NCBI GenBank assembly: GCA_052426225.1
Contig: JBNJNM010000021.1
Span: 2,914,001-2,978,000 of the forward strand
Source of the DNA: Zancudomyces culisetae HAW-14-8
Taxonomy: Eukaryota > Fungi > Kickxellomycota
Direction of reading: 5' to 3'
DNA: 64,000 bases
The first letter of the stretch is position 1; each line of letters begins with the position of its first letter. The notes beneath the pieces were generated by a model. The model did no database searches and was not told where the DNA came from. It saw nothing but the letters and a program-made list of their open reading frames with translations. Below are positions 33,201-42,989 of this stretch, one piece after another. Position numbers and translations under genes: made by a program.

Positions 33201-35531
33201 CTAGGATTGACGGGGTACTATAGAAAGTACATTCCAAACTATGCACGGATAGCAAACCCACTAACCAGGTTACTCAAGAAAGACGAAAAGTGGAGGTGGA
33301 CCGAAGAGCAAGCCGGGGCAGTAACACAGCTAAAGACATTACTAACGACTGCACCAGTACTGGGCCATCCGGATTGGGAACAGGAATTTGTCATCACTAC
33401 GGATGCATCTATGCTAGGGATTGGAGCCGTACTTTCGCAAGGTGAAAAAGGTTCGGAAAGAGTGATCGAGTTTGCAAGTAGGACAACCAATAAGGCAGAG
33501 AAGAATTACAGTATAAGCCATCTAGAAGCGCTGGCTGTAGTATGGGCGGTGAAGAAGTACAAGTATTACGTTTGGGGCAGGAAATTCCGTATTCGTACAG
33601 ATCACAAGTCCCTGATACAGATATTCCATGGGCCTGATATCTCCGGGAGAATCGCCAGATGGGCGATGGTGCTAAGGAACTATGATTTTGAAATAGAACA
33701 CTTACCGGGAAAATTTAATCCTGCTGACGGACTGTCAAGATTGGTTACGGAAAGCACAGAGGACAAACCGGAAGAATTGGACGTGTGTGCAATGGGATAC
33801 CTAGAACATGAGGCGGTAAGACAGTACTTGGCGGACCTATCCTATCCTAGGAATAGTGACGAGAATTTTCGAAAACGCTTGAGGAATAAATCCAGGCAGT
33901 ACAGATTAATAGAAGGAAAGCTATTTAAGAGAGTTAAAAAGATTCTGAAAGAGGTGCTTCACGAGCGAAATTATAAGGAAATAATCAATAAAATTCACGA
34001 AGAGTCTCATGAAGGTATAGAGAATACCTGGAAGCGGGTCAGTGCCAGATATTGCGGAACAGAACTTTACAAAGATGTATACGAGATAGTTCAAAGCTGC
34101 CATACCTGTCAGCTGTATAAAGACGGAAGAACTAAGAAGCATCCTTTGGTACCCATCAAGGTTCAGAAACCATTCGAGATTGTCGGTATTGATGCTATAG
34201 GACCAATAAGTCCGGGGTCGGAATCCGGGAATAGGTTTATTTTGACAGCGATTGATTATTGCACAAAATGGCCTATAGCTGTACCAGTGACAAATATACA
34301 GAGTGATACCGTGGTAGACTTTATTATATCACACATTGTTAAGGAGTTTGGGATTCCGCAAAGAATTATCACTGACAGAGGCGCAGGATTTGTCAGCGAA
34401 GTAACAACAGAGGTTTACGAGTGGCTAGGAACCCGACACGCACCAACAACACCCTACCGTCCCCAGAGTAACGGACAGGTAGAGAGGTTGAATCGCACTT
34501 TGGTTAACATTTTACAGAAGCAATGCCGAAACGACAAAGTCAACTGGGATAGACACATGTGGAAGACCTTACTAGTACTTCGCACCATGAAGAACAAATC
34601 TACGGGATTCAGCCCGGCTGAAATGTTGTATGGGGTACAGCTAGAACTGCCTTCAACTTGGAATTATAATGGGGAAATTGACAATGAGGAAGAGCAAGTG
34701 CAGAACAGGATTAAAAGCATAAAGGGCGAATTGCCAATCCTTCGGCAACTAGGAAACCAGAACTCAGCGAGAGCCAAAAGGTATGATGAAAATATCTATA
34801 ATCGGAAGGTTGTGGAATACAGCTTTAAAGTAGGAGATTTAGTCTTGAAGCTGATTGAGTACGAAAGGGCCAAGTTAGAAAGAGTCTGGGAGGGACCCTA
34901 TACAATTCAGAATAAGCTAGATAAGGGCACGTACATCATCAGTGACAAGTACGGTAATCGGGACCTAGTACACGGAGACATACTCAAACAGTACCACATG
35001 AGTAGCCATATGATTCCGGAGGTGACTACCACATTAAAGTCCAAGCTAAAAAGGTTCCGACAAAGAGCACGCGATGAGGGCATCTTTGCTTAGGGGAGGG
35101 GGTACTGTCATATAGTGGGCAGGAGAGCATGATGACTAATTAATTAGTCATCATGCAAACGAATAAATTATTAGTTTGCGATAACTAATGAGGATCAGTT
35201 TTTTTCACTATCGATGAAAATAACGTCATCTAGTTTTTTCTGATGACTCATAGAGTCGCAATACAAACGTTTGTTTAGTCATATAATTTTTAATAGTAAT
35301 TTATTGTTTTAGTATTAAAGAAGTTTAGTTTCAGTATCTTAGTTTAAATTAATTTTTACTTAGAAAGAAAAAAAGTATAAAAAAGGGAAATATTTGACAA
35401 AATAAAGAAAGATATACAGAAAATAATCAGTTAAAAATATAATTACCTTGTTATAGTTAATAACAATAACTTAAAGAAATATTATAGAACAATTATAGTA
35501 AATACATATATTTTAGAAATAAAATATAACA
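30244..35531 (+). mobile_element. Intact Ty3/gypsy element R ending 9 nt upstream of tRNA-Ala
   Basis: 426-bp LTRs 30244-30669 and 35106-35531 with one difference seen; TSD AGAC (30240-30243, 35532-35535); PBS TGGCGCTCCCAGCTAGGC (30671-30688); PPT AGGGGAGGGGGTAC. Confidence 0.97.
30714..35093 (+). CDS. Element R single-ORF Gag-Pol polyprotein (1459 aa)
   Basis: CYFCQEEGHRRFEC, VIDTGAA, FIDD, TDAS, HHCC, D-D-E, WEGPY; no chromodomain; uninterrupted. Confidence 0.96.
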   Translation: MITPTVFEADQGHDPEEWTDNFRLVAKQNGWSEDDWVDLARLYLGKKEVLWYKKSKGTFTDWKAFSKAMKNKFTIKESKTRIWDRLKDIRQADFSSIEELEYEVEQLCTKAGIIDNDMRINLLISTLNPDCKESVESIEYTSWDAVVAHVQKFQRTRKDAKMKMEGVGVKIKEATRNAASKQGKTIKEMAKDQAPYAAMIKKFEEMSVNLLSRVDEAIDKKLKSYNTANTRSYTCYFCQEEGHRRFECQKWKAQQNKGSKEEAGTNVNYIDLVKMDDVKDQEIFAVEKRGYAQNDKSSDQRPSKRANRTVTQERNMTSAEATEVEKEIEEVREDIPLRAQLTKRYYNKVVDGNKKFSLKEELEKVYPKINLIQLLNTSPSLSKELVKICDRAEAAEINEIQLQEKKTTNCRALVEVFGQEIMAVIDTGAACSVVSINMIDEWGVGVESSSKQIIVTADGKRHPTLGKVNRVPVKIASFVFPANLVVMSKNEGTLILGTDWLVQHRASINLRVPEIRFPIENAEVISRLVTSNEVQEIESEIYLILKEGPECKEDFIDENTRKVLAEYDDIFVEDISDLKQTDVAEHRIELEVDKPIRQRPYRIPFRLQEKVEEQLKEMLEKGIIEPSNAEWCSPVVIVHKKDGKLRVCADYRQLNKVTKKDSYPLPVIQDLFMALSGAVIFSSLDALSGFWQIKMRETDKDKTSFALPGSGSFRYNVMPFGLTNSPATFQRTMEQILKPVLWKKAVVFIDDIIVFSKEVDEHAKDLELVFNLLRKNKIQLHRNKCAIGQKEIDYLGHVVSDKGIGTSPKKISAIQTVKEPTNIKEVQSLLGLTGYYRKYIPNYARIANPLTRLLKKDEKWRWTEEQAGAVTQLKTLLTTAPVLGHPDWEQEFVITTDASMLGIGAVLSQGEKGSERVIEFASRTTNKAEKNYSISHLEALAVVWAVKKYKYYVWGRKFRIRTDHKSLIQIFHGPDISGRIARWAMVLRNYDFEIEHLPGKFNPADGLSRLVTESTEDKPEELDVCAMGYLEHEAVRQYLADLSYPRNSDENFRKRLRNKSRQYRLIEGKLFKRVKKILKEVLHERNYKEIINKIHEESHEGIENTWKRVSARYCGTELYKDVYEIVQSCHTCQLYKDGRTKKHPLVPIKVQKPFEIVGIDAIGPISPGSESGNRFILTAIDYCTKWPIAVPVTNIQSDTVVDFIISHIVKEFGIPQRIITDRGAGFVSEVTTEVYEWLGTRHAPTTPYRPQSNGQVERLNRTLVNILQKQCRNDKVNWDRHMWKTLLVLRTMKNKSTGFSPAEMLYGVQLELPSTWNYNGEIDNEEEQVQNRIKSIKGELPILRQLGNQNSARAKRYDENIYNRKVVEYSFKVGDLVLKLIEYERAKLERVWEGPYTIQNKLDKGTYIISDKYGNRDLVHGDILKQYHMSSHMIPEVTTTLKSKLKRFRQRARDEGIFA

Positions 35532-35539
35532 AGACACAA

Positions 35540-35611
35540 GGGGAATTAGCTCAGTGGTAGAGCGCTCGCTTTGCATGCGAGAGGCCGCGTGTTCGATCCT
35601 CGCATTCTCCA
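35540..35611 (+). tRNA. tRNA-Ala(TGC)
   Basis: Acceptor GGGGAAT/ATTCTCC with G3:U70; anticodon stem CTCGC/GCGAG around TT-TGC-AT; GTTCGATCC; one U-U mismatch in the T stem. Confidence 0.95.
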
Positions 35612-35613
35612 CT

Positions 35614-35686
35614 GCCCGGCTAGCTCAATCGGTAGAGCGTGAGACTCTTAATCTCAAGGTTGCGGGTTCGACCCCCGCGTTGGGCT
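35614..35686 (+). tRNA. tRNA-Lys(CTT)
   Basis: Acceptor GCCCGGC/GTTGGGC; anticodon stem TGAGA/TCTCA around CT-CTT-AA; GGTTCGACCC; T4 and T5 runs at 35691-35703. Confidence 0.97.
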
Positions 35687-37971
35687 TTACTTTTACGATT
35701 TTTAGTTATCGCTCTTTAATTTTATATATTTTGTATACTGCCACACATACGAATTTCTAATGGCTATCTCACTTGCAATTTTGTATGTGTCATGTGATAA
35801 TTATTTTGTTTTACAACCAGACGTACTACATAATTATTATCCATTTTTCTTATTCTATTAATTATCGAATAGTATTTATATTTTAAGCTGATTTAATATG
35901 GTTACTATTGTTTTAAACCGCATTATAATTGTAGTTATCAATTTTTGTTTTTGGCATCTTAATTTCGTAGCATATTTATTTCAACTTATACAATAGTTAA
36001 ACTCAATTAACATATCAAAATAGGGTCCTACCACTTATTGTTAGTTAATTTTATCTATTCATCATACTATTGAAAGTGGTACTGTCAGATATAGTTCGCA
36101 AAAGGTAAATTTAATCCGACAATGAGTATACCTGAGTATGTATAGCAACTCGATAATATTTGTTTTAATGAATTTGCCCACATTATCTTTTCTAGATATT
36201 TATTCTATTTAAATTCTGCAATGCGAGTATAGCTAATTTAGGCACACAAGTGTTTCTTACTAATAATTTTTTTACATCATATTTAGTTGGATTTAGTAAT
36301 ATGAGTGTAGGAATACATAACAAATCAGTAAACTTTAGTCTGAGTATATCTATGGTGCCTGTTCTATACTTACTATAATATTTCCAACGATATATTATAT
36401 CATGTTGTTGAAACACCTACATATTATAACAGTATAATTAATATGTTACATAATTATATTCTCTATCATCTTGGGGTATAAATTTAATTTCATATAATTT
36501 AATTGTTATTAGTAATATCACTTATGTTTGTTATTTATCAACTATATACTATTTCTTATTACTTCAATTCGTTCTATTATTTATCACATATTATTAAATA
36601 TTTATCTTGGCTAACACTTACTATCTTAATTTTACCCTGTGTAAATATACTCAGGATTTACTTTATCAGTTAGAAAATGGATATTGTTAAATGTCTAATA
36701 TACTTATTTTATCTAAATCATATCTTTGTAACCTCAATCTTCTTTTATTTTTATTCGCTTTCAATTATTAACTCCCAAGCTAGCATGCTATGTTTATCTA
36801 GTAATATATTCTTATTTGTTTGTCTACTACTTCACTCCATTATATTTAAATTTTCTATTACCGCATATTAGTTATGTTATTCATTTTCTTTTGTTTTATT
36901 TCATTTTCTAATTCTATTATTTTGATTTGGTTAGTTAACGATATGATTGATAGAATCTTTACAACCTAATAAACTTAGTGCCTAAATATTTACAAAGAAT
37001 CGACAGCACTACTTTTGCAATTATTTATTTGTTATTATTGTTGAAATAAGAATTAGAACCAAAACTCTTCTTGTTATCATTTGTATTTATTTTATGCTTG
37101 TAATCTTTATACTTTCGCTTTATTTTCATTAACTATATCAAATGTAAAATTGTTAACTATACTGTTACAAACCAATTTATAGTTAATCTATTAGATATAT
37201 AATATTTACTTATAATTATATATAATGCGTGTTATAGTACTTTTTCACTTTCATTATTTAATAGAAAAATTCTTCTGTTAAAAGGAATTGTATTTTAGTT
37301 GGTAATATTAACTCTATGGTTTAATCGTTCCTAGTTATTAAGTTTAGGTTTTAACTATATATAAATAATCAATAATATTTATCTGAGATTAATGCAATAT
37401 TGTTAAATATTAAGGCTATGATAATTACCAAGATAGTACAGTTTTTAGGTTAAAAAATTTTTTACACTTAAGTGGTTGTAATTAATGATTTGTACTTTGG
37501 TTTGTATTTTTGGTTCTCAGTTATCGATTTGATATTACTATGCACATTATGGTACGTCGAATAAAATACACTAAAATTAACTGAACCATTTTCTAAGCGA
37601 ATAGACATTAGTGATGCCTTAGTTTTATCTAATCACATTCACTTGCCACCAAATCAAATGGCTCAATTATATATATCCTTTTTTTCGAGTTTTTTTTTTT
37701 GGGTAAATAAACCCAAACTCGCTAATCAGATTTTAATGGTCAATGTCCCAGATTTCGTAGTCCCTTTCTGTATAAGCTACCCTATATTCATATATATTTT
37801 GTCTAAAGAGTAACAAGAAAAATGCAATAAAAACAATTATTTCCTAACACCGTTCATTCTAAACACAAATATAACTTTGTAAAGCTTGTTGAACATTGCA
37901 ATAAAACCAAAGTTGAATTCAGATTAGAAATCAAGGTCGGGTCCAGAAGCGAATACCCGTAAACAGTGGTC

Positions 37972-40900
37972 ATGTTATTTACAAATACTAGTTTTACAAC
38001 ATGTCCGTGTAGTGAAGGATGGGGCCCATTTGGAGGGCATGAAAAACTGGATTTTACTCTATGTTTTGAGTATTTGGCAATGTTGCTGCCGATACAACTA
38101 TTGTTTATTGTCGTGGGACTTTTGAACGTCTCACGATTAGAGGCTCAAGCGACTTATATGGTATACCATCGACGGTTGGGTAGGGAGGCAGCTAAAAAGG
38201 TATATTGCAATTTTATTATTTAATAATACTTGTTGTCAATTCTTGTAGCTATTTGGTATTTTTTTGAGGAAAACCTGCAGAAGACAGTCTACTATTTTGT
38301 AATCCATAGTGTAAATATATTGGTACTTTAACCAAATAGATTCTAATACTGGCTCTACTACTTATCAACATGATAAAGATACTTCACCTGTTTAAAACAT
38401 ACAAAGCAAAAATAAATATTTTTGAAATTGTTCAGGTTGTAGAACTGTCGGCATTATTGATAATGTCAAAATACCAAAAGCTGAATGATCTAAAAAGCAG
38501 ATACTCTTCAAAAGCACATCAATTCTACTGGTTGTTCATGGTGATAATTAAAATATTTATTGGCCATACAATTCTAAGACAAGTAGATTATAACATATCA
38601 ATCACAATACTGGTTGTGATGTTGACGGAAGTAGTAATACTAAGTGCATTGTTAGGTCTAGAAATGGCGAAATCAGCAAATACCGCGTATTTCTATCTAG
38701 GTGAGGATCAGAACGCCCAAGAGAATGTTGATATCAACCCAGAAGATAATGCAAATATTCTGTCGATGCTGACATTTTGGTGGATGTGGCCATTGATAAA
38801 GCTAGGAAACCAAAGAGATCTGAATAGTGAGGATTTACCGCAGCTACCCATGGAATATCAGACAAAAAATACAGCAGACAAATTTTGGAGCAACTGGGTC
38901 AACGAAAGGGCAAATCAAAGGGAAAATTTGGTAATTGCGTTGGCGAAAACGTACGGGAGGCAGTACGCGATAGCAGGAATTTTGAAGTTGGGGAGTGATA
39001 TACTACAGTTTGCCCAGCCAGTGTTACTGAAGATGCTTATAGAGTTTATAACATCTCAAGGAAGTGACAATGAAGCCGAAAGAAAACCATACTCATACGG
39101 GGTGTACATTTCAATAGTGGTATTAGTGTCATCAGTAATTCAAACACTGTTTATGAACCAATATTTTAGCCAGGTGGTGATGACAATGATGGATGTACGG
39201 GGAGGGATAAGCACAGCCATATACAAAAAATCAATGGTGATATCATCAAGCTCAAGCACAAAATATACTACTGGTGATATAGTAAACAGAATGTCAATCG
39301 ATGCACAGAAAATATCCAACCTGTGCCGTCATGGCCATTTAGTATGGTCAGCACCATTCCAGATTGTTATAGCGGTATACATGTTGATCGGGATTATTGG
39401 ATGGACTGCATGGTTTGGTGTTTTAATAATTCTGATTACAATTCCACTCAACTTTTCTATACGAAGAAAACTCAAAAAGATTCAAAAACGCCGATTTAAA
39501 ACCCGAGATAAGAGGATAAGGCTAATTGAGGAATCTTTGGTTGGGATAAAGATACTAAAGCTGTATGCTTGGGAAAACGAGTTTATGAATAGGATTAGAA
39601 GGGTCAGAAATAGTTTCGAAATTGGAATATTTAAAAAATATGGGTATTATCTCAGTTGCTCAAACCTTTTAGTTACTATAGGACCTTTCTTAATATCTTT
39701 GTCAACATTTGCAGCTTACTCGTTTTTTGATGGGGTATCAAGAGGCCCGCTCAATGCGAAACTGATATTCGTATCACTTTCACTTTTTAATTTGTTGAGA
39801 ATGCCATTTGGTATGCTTCCAGCGGTTATAGCAAGTTTGGCAGAAGCAGGGGTTGGAATTGAACGTATTAAATCATTCTTGATTTGTGACGAAATCAGCA
39901 AGAGAGGGATAACCAGACTGGAGTATTCACGAAATAAACACGGTGATACCAAAACAAAGCTGGTTGAGACCGACAATGTCGATGTTTTCTGGGACAAGGA
40001 TGGGGTGCAACCGACACTATCCCAAATCACGCTAGCTGTAGAAAATGATGAACTGCTGGCTGTTGTTGGACAGGTAGCAAGCGGTAAATCATCACTGATT
40101 TCGGCCATTCTGGGCGAAATGTATGTTAAAACCGGGAGTATTACGACTAGAGGCTCAATGGCATATGCTGCACAGCAGCCATGGATAATGAATGCCACAA
40201 TTAGAGAAAACATTTTGTTTGGCTACAAATATGATAAACAGTTTTATGAGCGTACGATCAGAGCGTGTGCGCTGGAGGTTGACCTAAAAAATGATGCCAA
40301 GTGGAGACTTGACCGAAATAGGTGAGCGGGGAATCAATTTGTCGGGAGGACAAAAGGCAAGGGTGTCACTTGCAAGAGCTGTATATTCACGAGCCGATAT
40401 TTATATGTTTGATGATCCATTGGCAGCTGTAGATGCGCATGTTGGAGAACACATATTTGAGCATGTAATAGGACCTAATGGAATGTTAAATACGCGGTGT
40501 AGGATTTTGGTAACAAATGCAATACCATACTTATCACAATGCGATTCTGTTGCGTTGTTGAAGGGTGGAAAGTTGGTAGAAATAGGAAAGTTTGAAGAGT
40601 TAAACAGTAGAAAAGATGGTCAAATGAACGCGCTGGTCAGGGAATTTGGAAATGTCAGCGCAGTACACTCAGAGGAGGGGAAAAGTAAAGGTGATGTGAC
40701 AGGAGTATCAGAACCACTTGTTATAAACGATGGTATGCAGCAGCAGGATCAACAGAATGGGCTGCAACAACAAGAGCTTATTGGAAATATTACACAGGAC
40801 AAACACAATCAAACGTTATTACCCGAAGACGATGCCCAACCACCAACCTATTCAACTGATCCAGAAATTGCCTGTTCGAGTTCAAGGCGATCCTCGGCGT

Positions 40901-42796
40901 CTACGCTTCCTCGAGCCAGTATTGAACCATACAAAAACAGAATGGTAAACAAAAGCTATACCAAAGACATTGGTGATAACACAGAAGTAGGAAGGCTAAT
41001 AGCCGCGGAAAAATCAGAGAGCGGACGGGTAAAGATGCGGATCTATAAGGAGTATTTGAAATCTTGTGGAATATGGTCAGTGCTGATATTCCTGGGATCG
41101 ATTTTATTAAACACGTCGGCACTTGTAGGCAGCAATTACTGGCTTAAGTTATGGAGTGATGATTCTAATGATGGAAATGAGAACAATAAATACTACTTGG
41201 TTGGATACACACTATTTGGAATTATTATTGGGTTATTCGTAATGCTTAGGACATACGTATTGTGGGCTGGGTGTGCAACAAATGGCGCAAGGGTGAGTCA
41301 TGAGAAAATGCTTGTTAGTGTGTTTAGCAGCCCAATGTCATTTTTTGATACCACACCGGTAGGGAGAATACTGAACAGATTTAGTAAAGATCAAAGCACG
41401 GTTGATGAGGAATTACCTGGTTCGATTATGGAATGGTTACAGCTGCTTCTACAGGTAACGCTTAGCGTGATGGCGATTGCGTTTGCGTTACCGATATTTT
41501 TGGTGGTTGTTTTTCCCACTGATATTTGTGTATGGAGCATTGCAAAGAATATTTTTGCAAGTAAGCCGAGATTTGAAAAGGTTGGATTCGGTTTCGCGGT
41601 CACCTATTTATCAACAATTTCAAGAAAACATTTATGGCGTTCAAACGATAAGGGCATTTGGTCAGGGAAATAGGTTTATTAACGACAATATTGAAATGGT
41701 CAATATTAATCAACGAGCGGTTTACAGCAACCTGGGGCTTGGTAGATGGATATCGGTACGATTAGAGTTGGTTTCGGCATCAATATTATTTTTCATTGCA
41801 ATTACAAGCATACTATTTTTGAATAACAAACCGGAGTTTGCCAAGTCTTCCGCATCAACATTTGGGTTGTGTATGACATATGCCCTAAGTATTACCCGGT
41901 CCATGAACTGGTATATTCGAATGTATCGTGAAATGGAGATTGAAGTGGTTTCACTAGAGCGTATTGACGAGTACTCGAATTTGCCGTCAGAGGCACCCTT
42001 CACCATTAAAGATGCGCAGCTTGACCCATCATGGCCAAGTGATGGCAAGATTGAATTTGTAAACTACAGCGTCAAATATCGACCTGAACTACCCAATTGT
42101 GTACTACGTGACATCAATGTTAACATAAATCCAAGGGAAAAAGTTGGTATAGTTGGCCGTACAGGTGCAGGAAAGACAAGCTTGACCCTTGGACTGTTTA
42201 GGATTATTGAGCCATATGAAGGACATATTTTTATTGATGGAATTGATATTACCAAAATCGGATTGCATGATTTGCGATCAAGGATATCGATAATCCCACA
42301 AGACCCTGTGCTGTTTTCAGGGACAGTACGGTTCAACCTGGATCCTACGTCATGTACTGAGGATACAGAAGGTGGCGAAGATACCAGTAGAAACGCTTTA
42401 CGGAAAAGTGATGAAGAGTTATGGCGTGTGTTGGAACTTACGCATTTGAAGCCATATATTCAACAGCTTGATGGGCAGCTGGATGCGACTGTGTACCAGG
42501 GAGGCACTAATTTTAGTGTTGGACAGCGCCAGTTAATGTGTCTAGCAAGAGCATTGGTTAAGGACTGTAAAATAATAGTGATGGACGAAGCAACTGCGGC
42601 AATAGACCCAGAGACGGACAATTTGATTCAAGGCCTGATCCGCTCTGAGTTTAAGGATAATACAATAATTACGATTGCACACAGAATAAACACAATCGCC
42701 GATTCAGATAAGGTTCTAGTATTTGACAGCGGTAGGCTGGTCAGCGTTGAAGAAGGCAAACACTTCACAAGTGACATGATAGTGCAGCTCGGCTAA
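37972..42796 (+). CDS. ABCC/MRP (Ycf1-like) ABC transporter; exons 37972-38199 and 38340-42796; two apparent +1 homopolymer frameshifts (near 40290 and 41512)
   Basis: TMD0 start (CxxxEGWGP...DFTLCFE), NPE/TFWWM linker, Walker A GQVASGKS and GRTGAGKT, signatures LSGGQ and FSVGQRQ, DEATA; phase-0 GT-AG intron 38200-38339. Confidence 0.9.
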
Positions 42797-42989
42797 TTGC
42801 TGCTATTTTACTGTTTATTTTCATTTTTTAGTTTTTATTTCTTGGGGGGGGGGAAAGGAAGGCTGCTGTATTTTTTGCTAGATTAAATTATATTTTATTA
42901 ATTCGCGTGTTCAACAACAATGGAATTGAGTTCAAGTATATTTGAATTATATTAGTAAAAATAAAAATAGAGATAAAAAAAAAGACTAA

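Noticed and set aside
1982-35535. CRISPR array
   Set aside because: The repeats are 4-bp TSDs and the units are LTRs; the analogy concerns only polarised growth, and no cas genes are present.
35554-35760. 68-aa ORF
   Set aside because: It overlaps the two tRNA genes.
36100-36900. Possible decayed - strand gene between the tRNAs and the ABCC gene
   Set aside because: Only short AT-rich ORFs with no identifiable motif.
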